A stretch of 64,000 nt of DNA from NCBI GenBank assembly GCA_963674865.2, contig CAXXYE010000009.1:1696001-1760000 (forward strand), written 5' to 3'. Numbering within the stretch: position 1 is the stretch's first letter; every line of letters starts with the position of its first letter. This DNA comes from Candidatus Hydrogenedentota bacterium. GTDB lineage: Bacteria > Hydrogenedentota > Hydrogenedentia > Hydrogenedentales > SLHB01. Made by a program: the position numbers and the translations under genes. Of the stretch, positions 49,622 to 58,952 are shown one piece after another. The notes below the pieces were generated by a model, which did no database searches, was not told the origin of the DNA, and saw nothing but the letters and a program-made list of their open reading frames with translations.

Positions 49622-51203
49622 TGTCGCGACTCTTTGATAGTGTCACCCCCTCGACTCATTAGAAATGTCACAATTGGAGCCTTTCACTTGGAGGGCTGCC
49701 GTGGAAGGGCATTTGAAGATGAGTCGCAAGGAATTGATGCGTAAGTCGTTGTTGGAGCTTGTTGTGGGAAAGCATATGACCCTGGCGGAAGCGGCGCGGC
49801 GCATGGAAGTGAGCTACCGGCAGGCGCTGCGGATACACGCACGCTTCGTGTCAGAGGGAGATGAGGGGTTGGTGCATCGCAACCGGGGCCGGGCGTCTAA
49901 TCGAGCCAAGCCTGCCGCGTTCCGGGACAAAGTCCTTCGGCGCTATCAGGAACGCTATAGAGAACACGATTTGGGGCCGACCCTGGCCGCGGAGAAGCTG
50001 GCGGAGGAAGGCCTGTGCATCGACCACGAGACGTTACGGCGCTGGCTGCTTGAGCAGGGGCTCTGGGCGAAGGGAGACACCGGGCGCCGGCATCGCTCCC
50101 GCAGGGAGCGGCGAGCCCATTTCGGAGAGCTGGTGCAGATGGATGGGAGTCACCACCACTGGTTCGGGCCGGACCAAGGCCAAACTTGTCTGATGAACAT
50201 GATAGATGACGCCACAGGAGAAACCTTGGCGCTCATGGCCGAGCAAGAAACGAAGCAGGCCGCCATGCAGCTTCTGTGGCGGTGGATCGAGAAATACGGT
50301 ATTCCTCGGGCGCTGTATACGGACCGAAAGAACGTCTACATCACCGGCCGGGAGCCCACGCTCGAAGAGCAACTGGCGGGGCGCGAGCCGCTGACTCAAT
50401 TCGGAGAGGCCTGCTATAAGCTGGGAATCGTCATCATCCCCGCGACTTCGCCTCAAGCCAAAGGCCGCGTCGAGCGCTCCAACGGCACATACCAGAACCG
50501 GTTCGTCAAGGAACTCGCCTTGCGGCGCATCACCACCATCGCCACCGCCGACAAGCTGCTCTACGAAAGCTTTTGTGACGCTCTGAACGCCAAGTTCGCC
50601 ATTGCGCCCCGTGAGGAACTGGACTATCACCGTCCTCCACCCAAAGGCCTTGAGCTGCATGACATTTTTTGCTTCGAGGAACTGCGCGTCGTCCAAAACG
50701 ACTGGACCGTCCGTTTCGGGAATCATTACTACCAAATCCTCAAGAACAACAGTCCTCTGCCCCGGCCCAAAGACAGGATTCTGGTCCGCACCCATCTGCA
50801 CGGCGGCATCAGGCTGCTCTACAAAGACCAGGACCTTGACTACCGCAGGCTCACGGTCAAGCAATACAAACGAGAAGGGCAGCAACGAGTCCAACAGGTC
50901 CAGCCCCCCGCCAAGCCCAAGAAGAAGAACGCTCCCCCCGCGCCCTACAAGCGCTGGCGGCCCAACGTCCAACGCCTACCTCTCATGAACGCAAAAGAAA
51001 GGTGAGCACGCGAGTTACCCACATATCCACATCCTCGACGAGCGCTATGCGCCCGCGCGCTTCGCGCTGGATGTGGATATGACGGTCTGGGGACAGCTGC
51101 TACGCACCTGACCACAGACCTTGGATAACTCGCTTCTGCAACCATCGAGCATAGGACATTTCTAATGAGTCCCAACATGTGACATTTCTAAAGAGTCTTG
51201 ACA
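49622..51203 (+). mobile_element. intact IS1202-family (ISNCY) insertion sequence
   Basis: TGTC...GACA ends with ~50-bp TIRs containing GACTC(T/A)TT sub-repeats; 17-bp TSD CTACTTCCACAACGGGC at 49605-49621 and 51204-51220. Confidence 0.92.
49701..51005 (+). CDS. IS1202/ISNCY DDE transposase
   Basis: GELVQMDGS.H.W, IDDATG, LYTDR, PQAKGRVER; GTG start after GGAGGG. Confidence 0.93.
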   Translation: MEGHLKMSRKELMRKSLLELVVGKHMTLAEAARRMEVSYRQALRIHARFVSEGDEGLVHRNRGRASNRAKPAAFRDKVLRRYQERYREHDLGPTLAAEKLAEEGLCIDHETLRRWLLEQGLWAKGDTGRRHRSRRERRAHFGELVQMDGSHHHWFGPDQGQTCLMNMIDDATGETLALMAEQETKQAAMQLLWRWIEKYGIPRALYTDRKNVYITGREPTLEEQLAGREPLTQFGEACYKLGIVIIPATSPQAKGRVERSNGTYQNRFVKELALRRITTIATADKLLYESFCDALNAKFAIAPREELDYHRPPPKGLELHDIFCFEELRVVQNDWTVRFGNHYYQILKNNSPLPRPKDRILVRTHLHGGIRLLYKDQDLDYRRLTVKQYKREGQQRVQQVQPPAKPKKKNAPPAPYKRWRPNVQRLPLMNAKER

Positions 51204-51315
51204 CTACTTCCACAACGGGCAATGCTCGGAACAAAGCCTCATGTGGCGCGGCCGGAGGAAAGCTGGTTCCAGGTGTTCAGCGCGGCGCACCACGCTGCGT
51301 GCCATGCCGTCGCCC

Positions 51316-51918
51316 TCATCTGTTCACCACCAGGCAACCTGCCATGACATCGTGAAGGGCCTGCTTTCTTTCCGTGAAGGCGGCCATGAGAAAACCGATG
51401 CACAAGGTAAGGCTCGAGACAAACTTCGTCCAGTAGCGGCCATTGGCTCGGGCGAATGAAACGCGGCGTCCCTCAAGATCCGTGACTTGAATGCCGAGCG
51501 CCATCTTGCCAAGCGTGGCCTGCTTCGATGACGACTCGAACAGCGTGTAGTAGAGCCAGTTGAGGATGGTGCCGAGGATATAGCCTGATACACCGCATGC
51601 TGCCTGAGTTGTGGGAAGGTCGTAACCGGCCACCGCCATGACGCCGCCGAGCACCGCTCCGAATGCCACTCCTACGATTAACCCCCCAATGCTGAGGAGT
51701 ACGGAATCGATCAACAAGGCGGCGAACCGCTTCCAGAATCCTGCGTACGTCACCGAACGTGATTGGGCGACCGCCGCATCGGGCGCTACGACGGCGGCGA
51801 CGGGAGGCACGAGAAAGACCTCGCTGCAGGCCGGACAGGAGACTTCCTGTCCTGAAAAGGCCTCATCGATTTGAAGATGCTTTCCGCAATGGGGACAGGA
51901 GAGCGTCGCGATTCCCAT
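51316..51918 (-). CDS. RDD-family membrane protein with an N-terminal zinc ribbon
   Basis: CPHC/CPAC; YAGFWKRFAA.LID, QATLGKM, KQALHD. Confidence 0.9.
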   Translation of the reverse strand: MGIATLSCPHCGKHLQIDEAFSGQEVSCPACSEVFLVPPVAAVVAPDAAVAQSRSVTYAGFWKRFAALLIDSVLLSIGGLIVGVAFGAVLGGVMAVAGYDLPTTQAACGVSGYILGTILNWLYYTLFESSSKQATLGKMALGIQVTDLEGRRVSFARANGRYWTKFVSSLTLCIGFLMAAFTERKQALHDVMAGCLVVNR

Positions 51919-52386
51919 AGACTCCTCCCATTCTCACGCACAGGCCTCGGCGGATTCATTGTTTTCCCCTCGCATTCGCGACGCGTCGCGTCTCACCCCC
52001 CGAAGGCCACCCCGGACTCAAATCCTATGCCGCGAACAGAGACAATGTCAAGTACATCTAGGCAAGATGTGTGCATAGCTCAGTAGCTCGGTTCCCGCTC
52101 CGCCAAGCACTACGTTTCCAGGCGTAGCAAGTCGTACTCGTCCCTACTTCGAGGACATCATCTCCGCCGTCGCTCTTTCTCTCGCTGACCTGCGCGGTTG
52201 TCCTCCCGGCACAGCCCTGATCAGTGGAATATCACCGCCGCCTGCCAGGTTGCATTTGATTAGCGCCTAGCGGTAGCTGCGAGTAGTGAGGAAGAGGTCA
52301 AACAAAGCAAGGTGTTTGTTCTGCTTTTAATTGGGCGTTTTGCGGTTTTTGCGGGGTTTAGGCCTCCGCGCCACTTGATTTTCCCC

Positions 52387-52415
52387 TTGACACCACCTCG
52401 ACATCTTGCTATACT
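52387..52415 (+). promoter_or_regulatory. near-consensus sigma70 promoter
   Basis: TTGACA-17 nt-TATACT, about 300 nt upstream of the porin gene. Confidence 0.7.
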
Positions 52416-52713
52416 CCACCCTTGGAACACCTACGGGTGGTGTGTGTCGGCTCTGCGCCGTACACTATAGGGCGTGTTCCTGATAGCGGAGAGTACCATC
52501 GAAGGTGACTCGGAAACTCGAGGCGGAAGGAGGGATGCAATAGCTTAGCCAAGCTACCTCGCGGGTCGTCTTACCTAGGATGTTCTCATAAATTGAATTA
52601 CGAAGTGTGTTCAGCGCAACGGCGGAAGTTGTATTTGTTCCGCAGCGTCGCTGAATTAGGAAGCGGCTTGACCACCGCTCCGAAATAGAGTTTCAACAAG
52701 GAGAATACGCACA

Positions 52714-54345
52714 ATGCGTAAAACGTTAGTGATTGTAGTCACGGCACTTCTCGTGTCGGCGGCCATCCCCGCCTTCGCGGAACTGCAGACCGTGACCGTC
52801 GGCGGAAGTATCCGCATTCGCGGCAACTGGTATTCGAGCGAAGCCAACGGTGACAATCCGCGCGCTCGCAATCCGTTGATCGATCCGCTTTTCACCCGTA
52901 ACACTGGCAACGCCGGCGTCCGCTGGCTGGCCGGCCAAGTCCCCCTGCGCGCTGTCGGCGGCGTGCCCATCCTCTCCGGGTTCTCCTGGAACGAGGAAGG
53001 CCACAGCATCAGCTTCGTCGAGCAGCGCACCCGCCTGAATGCCAAGGCTGATTTCACCGATGACGTTAGCGCGTTCATCGAGTTGGACAGCTACGACATC
53101 TGGGGCGAGGACTTCCGGTCCAACTACATCACCGCTGGTGATGCCCGCGCCGCTACGGCCGACGATGTGGAAGTCTATCAGGCGTACATCGATGTCAAGA
53201 ACATGTACGATACGCCTCTTAGCCTGCGCATCGGTCGCCAGGAACTCAGCCTGGGCAGCGAGTGGCTCGTTGGTGTCAACGACAGCTCCTCGATCTTCAC
53301 GGGCCTGTCCTTCGACGCCATCAAGCTCACGTATGAAACCGATCTCGCCTCCGTGGCCGCTTTCTGGGCCAAGCTCGCCGAACGCAGTCCCATCGAAGAA
53401 GACGGCGACGTCGACCTGTATGGAATCTATGCCAGCTATCTTGGCCTGGAAGACATCGTCATCGACGCCTACTGGATGTACGTGCGTGACGCGATCGCCT
53501 GGCAGGACACGGGCCCTGCGACGACGTTGGGTGGCCTTGTAGGCCAGTGGTTCGAAGAGGTCTTCGGTGTTGACAGCTATGACACCGTCACCCTCCATAC
53601 GTTCGGCCTCCGCGGAGCCGGCACTATGGGTGCCCTTGATTTCGAATCTGAACTCGCTTTCCAGACCGGCGACGCCGGACGCATCGGCAGCCTCTTCGCC
53701 CCCGTTCTCTACGGTGACGACGACGCCGATTTCAGCGCCTGGGGCGCCAACCTCGAAGTTGGCTACACCTTCGACACGACATGGCAGCCCCGTGTCTTCA
53801 TCGGCGGTGCGTACTTCGATGGTGAAGACAACCGTGACATCAGCTTCGTCGACTGGGTCGCCGCCCAAGTGTGGCCCTGGTACGATCCGGATGCCAGCAT
53901 CAGCTTCAACCGCCTGTTCTCCAACTGGGAGTACAGCGAATTCCTCGCCAACACGGACCTGTCCAACTGCTGGCTGATTCGTGGCGGCGTCGAAGCCATG
54001 CCCACCGAGAAGCTCGAACTTCTCCTGAGCCTGGCGTACTATTCCGCGGTCGACGAGTTCGAGGCGCCGCCTCACTTCACGCTCCTCGGTCGCCGGATCC
54101 CCTGGATCCCCGCGTGGTCGTTCTGGAGCCACTCCAACGACGACGAGCTTGGCTGGGAGTTGGGTCTCTACGCGACGTATAGCTACAGCGAAGACCTCTG
54201 CTTCAAGGCCGGTTGGGCTCACCTCTTCGTCGGCGACGGCCTCGCAGACGGCAACTACAACAGCGCCAACGGCTTGGGCTTCAATGGCGGTGTTGATGAC
54301 GACGATGCCGATTACCTCTTCGTCGAGACCCAGATCTCGTTCTAA
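52714..54345 (+). CDS. alginate-export-family outer-membrane beta-barrel protein
   Basis: Signal peptide; EQRTRL, YQAYI, IGRQEL..GSEWLVG; C-terminal aromatic F; biased codon use. Confidence 0.85.
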   Translation: MRKTLVIVVTALLVSAAIPAFAELQTVTVGGSIRIRGNWYSSEANGDNPRARNPLIDPLFTRNTGNAGVRWLAGQVPLRAVGGVPILSGFSWNEEGHSISFVEQRTRLNAKADFTDDVSAFIELDSYDIWGEDFRSNYITAGDARAATADDVEVYQAYIDVKNMYDTPLSLRIGRQELSLGSEWLVGVNDSSSIFTGLSFDAIKLTYETDLASVAAFWAKLAERSPIEEDGDVDLYGIYASYLGLEDIVIDAYWMYVRDAIAWQDTGPATTLGGLVGQWFEEVFGVDSYDTVTLHTFGLRGAGTMGALDFESELAFQTGDAGRIGSLFAPVLYGDDDADFSAWGANLEVGYTFDTTWQPRVFIGGAYFDGEDNRDISFVDWVAAQVWPWYDPDASISFNRLFSNWEYSEFLANTDLSNCWLIRGGVEAMPTEKLELLLSLAYYSAVDEFEAPPHFTLLGRRIPWIPAWSFWSHSNDDELGWELGLYATYSYSEDLCFKAGWAHLFVGDGLADGNYNSANGLGFNGGVDDDDADYLFVETQISF

Positions 54346-54381
54346 GGTCTGACGATAAGGTAGTCTGATCGACGATCAGGC

Positions 54382-54419
54382 GCGCCCCCGCGAGGTTACC
54401 TCGCGGGGGCGCCTTTTTT
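54382..54419 (+). terminator. Rho-independent terminator
   Basis: GCGCCCCCGCGAGG-TTA-CCTCGCGGGGGCGC followed by TTTTTT. Confidence 0.9.
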
Positions 54420-54687
54420 CTGCCCAGACTCTCGGCACGGCCCGTCGGCGCCTTTCGCTTATCCCACCTGTTCTGCGGCTTGCCCCTTCTTCCTAAGTCG
54501 CGCCTTCGCTGGGCCGCGTTTCCAGACCGCGAACCGATGTCAAAATGAAACATCCAGTTCAAGCCTGCAACAGCTCCCCTCTGAGATGCCGGAAGTGGCC
54601 GAAACGCGCGGAACAGGGCGCGCGCGTAAACCACTGGCAATTCGTTGTTTACGATCCTTTCCCCGAAGCCATGTCTATCGCCGGAAT

Positions 54688-54702
54688 TGGCACCGGCCTT
54701 GC
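54688..54702 (+). promoter_or_regulatory. sigma54 -24/-12 promoter of the Hsp20 cluster
   Basis: TGGCAC-N5-TTGC about 80 nt upstream of the first hsp20. Confidence 0.65.
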
Positions 54703-54783
54703 TCTTACATCGGATGGAGGCGGTGAGGCCCGCCGAAAACATAAAGAAAAGCGCAATCGCGCGAGATTAAGGAGGAAGAGGAC

Positions 54784-55248
54784 ATGGCTATCTGGAGTTG
54801 GGACCCATTGGACGAAGTGGAAGCCTTGCGCCGTCAAGTGGAACGCGCCTTTGAAGGCTTCGGCAGGTGGGACCGGCCCTACACCCGGTTCGCATTCCTG
54901 CCCGGGGCATCCGCGCGCACCTATCCGTTGCTGAACATCGGCGAGGATCACGACAACATCTACGTCGAGGCGCTGGCCCCTGGCTTGAATCCCGATACCC
55001 TGGAGATCTCGGTACTCGACAACACGTTGCGGATCGCGGGTGAGAAGCCCCCTATCAGCGAAGACATCAGACCCGAGGCGTTCCACCGCAACGAGCGTAG
55101 CGCCGGCAAGTTTGTCCGGACGACCGCACTGCCCGTCGCCGTGGACAGCGCTAAGGTTGCCGCGGAATACAAGAGCGGCCTGCTGCGCCTGACACTACCC
55201 AAGGCCGAAGAGGCGAAACCCAAGCAGATCGAGGTCAAAGTCGGTTAG
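54784..55248 (+). CDS. Hsp20/alpha-crystallin small heat-shock protein
   Basis: YPLLNI.E, APG, ERSAGKFVR, A.YKSGLLRLTLPK. Confidence 0.93.
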   Translation: MAIWSWDPLDEVEALRRQVERAFEGFGRWDRPYTRFAFLPGASARTYPLLNIGEDHDNIYVEALAPGLNPDTLEISVLDNTLRIAGEKPPISEDIRPEAFHRNERSAGKFVRTTALPVAVDSAKVAAEYKSGLLRLTLPKAEEAKPKQIEVKVG

Positions 55249-55312
55249 CGCGACGCCTTCACCGACCTTTGCAGACATCACAAACACAGCGCAATCAGAG
55301 GAGACGATAGCA

Positions 55313-55699
55313 ATGAAAGAGTCCACGGTTCCGGCCAAAAGAGAGCAACAGGTCCCGGACACCCGCGAGCAGACGCGGTCGCTTGTCCCCCCTGTAGACA
55401 TCTTCGAGAGCAAGGAGGGCCTGGTGGTCGTGGCGGACCTTCCCGGCGCCGACAAGAGCGACGTGGATGTCCGCGTCGAGAACGACACCCTCACCCTCCA
55501 AGCTACCGCAAAGAGCGGACTGCCGATTGACCCGCTCTTGCGCGAGTACGAACTGCACAACTATCACCGCCAGTTCCAGCTCGGCGAGACGGTGGATCAG
55601 GAGAAGATCAAGGCTGAGATGAAGCACGGCGTGCTCGTCATCAACTTGCCCAAGAAAGAAGCCGCAAAACCCAGAAAGATCACCGTCAAGACCGAATAG
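55313..55699 (+). CDS. Hsp20 small heat-shock protein
   Basis: PPVDIFE, ADLPG, RQFQL, GVLVINLPK. Confidence 0.93.
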   Translation: MKESTVPAKREQQVPDTREQTRSLVPPVDIFESKEGLVVVADLPGADKSDVDVRVENDTLTLQATAKSGLPIDPLLREYELHNYHRQFQLGETVDQEKIKAEMKHGVLVINLPKKEAAKPRKITVKTE

Positions 55700-55831
55700 G
55701 CTTTGCGTCGGTCATTATCCATCGGGGCGTCCCGCCCCCGGGGCGCCCCGGGCCGGCGCCGTTACCGTGCCGCCGACTGAACGCCGATACGGCGGCCAAT
55801 CGCGCAAGTGTAGTGAAGGAGGTGAAAGGAA

Positions 55832-56308
55832 ATGGAAGGCTTGGTTCCAGCTTCGTGGAGGGATTCCGTCGAGAACCTGCGCCAAGGCGTCATGAGCGCC
55901 TTTGACCGGTGGCTCTCGCGGCCGAAAGACCGAAACCGCGATATGAGTACGGAGGCCTGGCCGGATTTCCTGCAAACGGCTGGATGGCCGGCCATCGACC
56001 TCGACGAGACAAACGATGAGGTCGTCATCGCCGCGGAACTCCCGGGACTCGACAAGAAGGATTTTATCGTCGAAGTCGAGCCCAACCGCGTAGTGCTACG
56101 TGGTGAGAAACGGGCTTCGCGCAAGGGCAAAAAGGGCGCGTTCCGCTACTCTGAAGCCGCCTACGGCTCATTCGTGCGCGCCATTCCGCTTCCTTGCGCC
56201 GTTGTCGCCCCCGAAGCCGACGCGACCTACAAACACGGCGTGCTCAAGGTCCGCTTGCCCAAGACCGAAAACGCCAAAGCGCGGCCCGTGCGCGTGAAGG
56301 TATCCTGA
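55832..56308 (+). CDS. Hsp20 small heat-shock protein
   Basis: PAIDLDE, AELPG, YGSFVR.IPLP, GVLKVRLPK. Confidence 0.92.
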   Translation: MEGLVPASWRDSVENLRQGVMSAFDRWLSRPKDRNRDMSTEAWPDFLQTAGWPAIDLDETNDEVVIAAELPGLDKKDFIVEVEPNRVVLRGEKRASRKGKKGAFRYSEAAYGSFVRAIPLPCAVVAPEADATYKHGVLKVRLPKTENAKARPVRVKVS

Positions 56309-56366
56309 CCTAGGCCCCGCTGGGCGCCCACGGGTGCGCACGTCCCCTGCGTCCGTGGGCGCCTCT

Positions 56367-57446
56367 CTAGTCCACCAGCCTTAAGCCTATCTCGTTGTTC
56401 AACTCGAAACCCTTCAACGTAGGCCGAATCGTGTGCTCATCTTCTGTCAGCAAGCCCCGCGCGATGAGCGCGTCCAGTTCCGCGCCGAAATCCTCACGCA
56501 CGCCCGTGCCGAACCGCGCTCGGTAGCCCTCCTTCGACAGCCCCGCCTTAAGCCGGCAATGCTGGATCACCGTCTCGACGCGAACCTCACGCCCCGTCAG
56601 CCTCAGCCGCTCGGCTTTCGCACCCGGCTCCGCCGCATACGCCGCCGTATCGACCACGTTCCGCGCGCGGACCCCGCCCAGGAACGAATACGCCCCCGGC
56701 CCGAATCCCGCGTAGGCCTCATTGCGCCAGTAGATGAGGTTATGCCTGCACGCGCGGCCCGGCCGGGCGAAATTGCTGATCTCGTAATGCTCGAATCCGG
56801 CCAGCCGCTCCCGCGCCGCCCGGTACATCTCAAGATACGTGTCCTCATCCACTGCCTCATCCGCGCGCCCCCCAAACGGCGTGCCCTTCTCGTACGTCAG
56901 GCCGTAGGCCGACACGTGCGCGGGCGCCAAGGCAACGCACACGTTCAGCGTCGCGTCCCAGGCGTCCAGCGGATAGGCTCCTAGGATCAAGTCCATGCCC
57001 CAGTTCTCAAACGCCGCGGCCACCCTCTCGCAGGCCCGCCGCGCCGTGGCCGCGTCATGACGTCGCCCGAGATACCGCAGCGTTGCGTCATCGAAGCTCT
57101 GTACGCCCAGGCTCACCCGGTTGACGCCCAGCGCCTGCCACGCCCGAACCAGCTCTGGAGTCACATCATCGGGATTCACCTCGATGGTGACCTCCGGCTC
57201 ATCGAGCCGGAATCGCTCCCGAACCGCACCAAGGACCGCCCCGAGTCCTTTCGCCGACAATAGTGATGGTGTGCCCCCGCCGAGGAATACCGTGTTCGCC
57301 CTCTCCGGCTCCCCGAAGTCCTTGATTTCACGGCACAAGGCCTCAACAAACCATTCCGGAACGGCGCCTTCGACGACCCGGCTCAGGAAATCACAATAGG
57401 GGCACTTCGTCCTACAGAAGGGGATGTGGATGTAGATGCCGATCAT
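56367..57446 (-). CDS. hemW: radical SAM heme chaperone
   Basis: YIHIPFC...C.YCDF, GGGTPS, YEISNFA, HNLIYW. Confidence 0.93.
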   Translation of the reverse strand: MIGIYIHIPFCRTKCPYCDFLSRVVEGAVPEWFVEALCREIKDFGEPERANTVFLGGGTPSLLSAKGLGAVLGAVRERFRLDEPEVTIEVNPDDVTPELVRAWQALGVNRVSLGVQSFDDATLRYLGRRHDAATARRACERVAAAFENWGMDLILGAYPLDAWDATLNVCVALAPAHVSAYGLTYEKGTPFGGRADEAVDEDTYLEMYRAARERLAGFEHYEISNFARPGRACRHNLIYWRNEAYAGFGPGAYSFLGGVRARNVVDTAAYAAEPGAKAERLRLTGREVRVETVIQHCRLKAGLSKEGYRARFGTGVREDFGAELDALIARGLLTEDEHTIRPTLKGFELNNEIGLRLVD

Positions 57447-57480
57447 CGCCGGCGCGCTTTCCGCGGCAACCGCGCAACCG

Positions 57481-58794
57481 TCAGTTCCGGACGCGTCGCC
57501 ACCGCGTCACCGGCCACCAAACGAACGCCGCCGGCCCCACCAGCCCGTCGCGAGGAATCCACCCAAGCGTCCGGCTATCCAGCCCATCCGCATCATCCGC
57601 CAGGATAAAGACGTGGCCCTCCGGCACATGCGCATGCTCCTTCCCCTTGGAGCGCCCAAAACGGCCGGTTTCTTTGTCCGATTCGAAGCGCCGGCTCGCG
57701 AGCGAGGCCGGATTCTCAACGGGCCGCCCATTGACCTCCAGCCGCCCGTCATTCAGATGCACCTGTTCCCCAGGCAGGCCCGCCACCCGGCCCAGCAGCA
57801 CGACGCCGTCCGGATGCCCTTCTGCCGGGCGATGATGATAGAGCACAACCTCGCCTCGCCGCGGGCCCCGTCCACGCGACAGACGCAAGCCGGTAAACGG
57901 CACGCTCAGGCCGTAAGCGCACTTGTTGACGAAGATGTGCTCACCTTTCCTCAGCGTATCGCTGACGGCATCCGTGTGGACGCGCCAGAACCGGCCCAGG
58001 AAAAGCCGCACGAAGAGCAGCAGGCCCAAGAGGCCCACCAAGCCGCGCCACCACCACGTCCGGGAGAATCCCGTGAAATCATGCCAGCGGCTGTGAGGCC
58101 ACCAGATGCAGAACGCCCGGCCGACGAGATTCTTGTTCGGCACCCAGCCGAACACCCGGCCGTCCCGGCTGGCCCCGCTGTTGTCGCCCAGCAGCAGGTA
58201 GCAGTCGTCCGGCACCACGGCGTGCGCCTCATCCTCCAGTACGCCATACATGCCCCAGCTTGTGTATTGCACCGGCGGCATGCTCGGCGGCAGTTCAAGC
58301 GGGACCCCGTTGATATGGACCTTCCCATTCGCGATGTGCACCCGCTCGCCGGGCAGGCCGACAATCCGCTTCACGAGCGTCTTCGCGCTTGGATTCTTCT
58401 CAACGGACTTGAAGACCACCACATCGAATCGCTGTGGGTCGGCGCCGCGCCAGATCCGCTTGTTCATGAAGGGATAACGGACACCGAAGACCCATTTGTT
58501 CACGAAGACCCGATCCCCTCGCATGAAGCGCGGGTCGCCGTGGAGCGTCGGCTCCATCGAACCCGACGGGATCTTGAACGGCTCCGCGATGGGCCAGCGA
58601 ATTAGCAGGGCCAGCGCCACGGCGATGACGACGATCCGTGTCCACTCCACGGCGCTCTCGCGCGTGAAGCCGCCCGTCAACCACGTCAACGCCGCAAGGA
58701 CGGCCGCTCCCAGCGCGAGTCCGGCGCGCGCCGTGTTCGCCTTCCGTTGGGGGTCTTTCGCGGCTGTGGCCGGTTTCTTGCTCTTCTTCGCCAT
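57481..58794 (-). CDS. lepB: signal peptidase I with two tandem S26 domains (second degenerate)
   Basis: Domain 1: PSGSMEPTL, VKRIVG, GDN..SRDGR; domain 2: HTDAVSDTL, LGRVAG, ADD...DSR. Confidence 0.88.
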   Translation of the reverse strand: MAKKSKKPATAAKDPQRKANTARAGLALGAAVLAALTWLTGGFTRESAVEWTRIVVIAVALALLIRWPIAEPFKIPSGSMEPTLHGDPRFMRGDRVFVNKWVFGVRYPFMNKRIWRGADPQRFDVVVFKSVEKNPSAKTLVKRIVGLPGERVHIANGKVHINGVPLELPPSMPPVQYTSWGMYGVLEDEAHAVVPDDCYLLLGDNSGASRDGRVFGWVPNKNLVGRAFCIWWPHSRWHDFTGFSRTWWWRGLVGLLGLLLFVRLFLGRFWRVHTDAVSDTLRKGEHIFVNKCAYGLSVPFTGLRLSRGRGPRRGEVVLYHHRPAEGHPDGVVLLGRVAGLPGEQVHLNDGRLEVNGRPVENPASLASRRFESDKETGRFGRSKGKEHAHVPEGHVFILADDADGLDSRTLGWIPRDGLVGPAAFVWWPVTRWRRVRN

Positions 58795-58952
58795 ATGTCG
58801 CCCTATGCCTTGCGGCTTCTGCTCATGATTCCTGGATTCGTGCGCCTTGCCCGTTGCCCGGGCCGAGCAAGATCGGCATTCTACCAGGCTTGTCCCGGCC
58901 CGAGGAAGCCGCGAGCCCTCTGCGCCGGGATCGCCGGCCTCTTAGACAGAAC

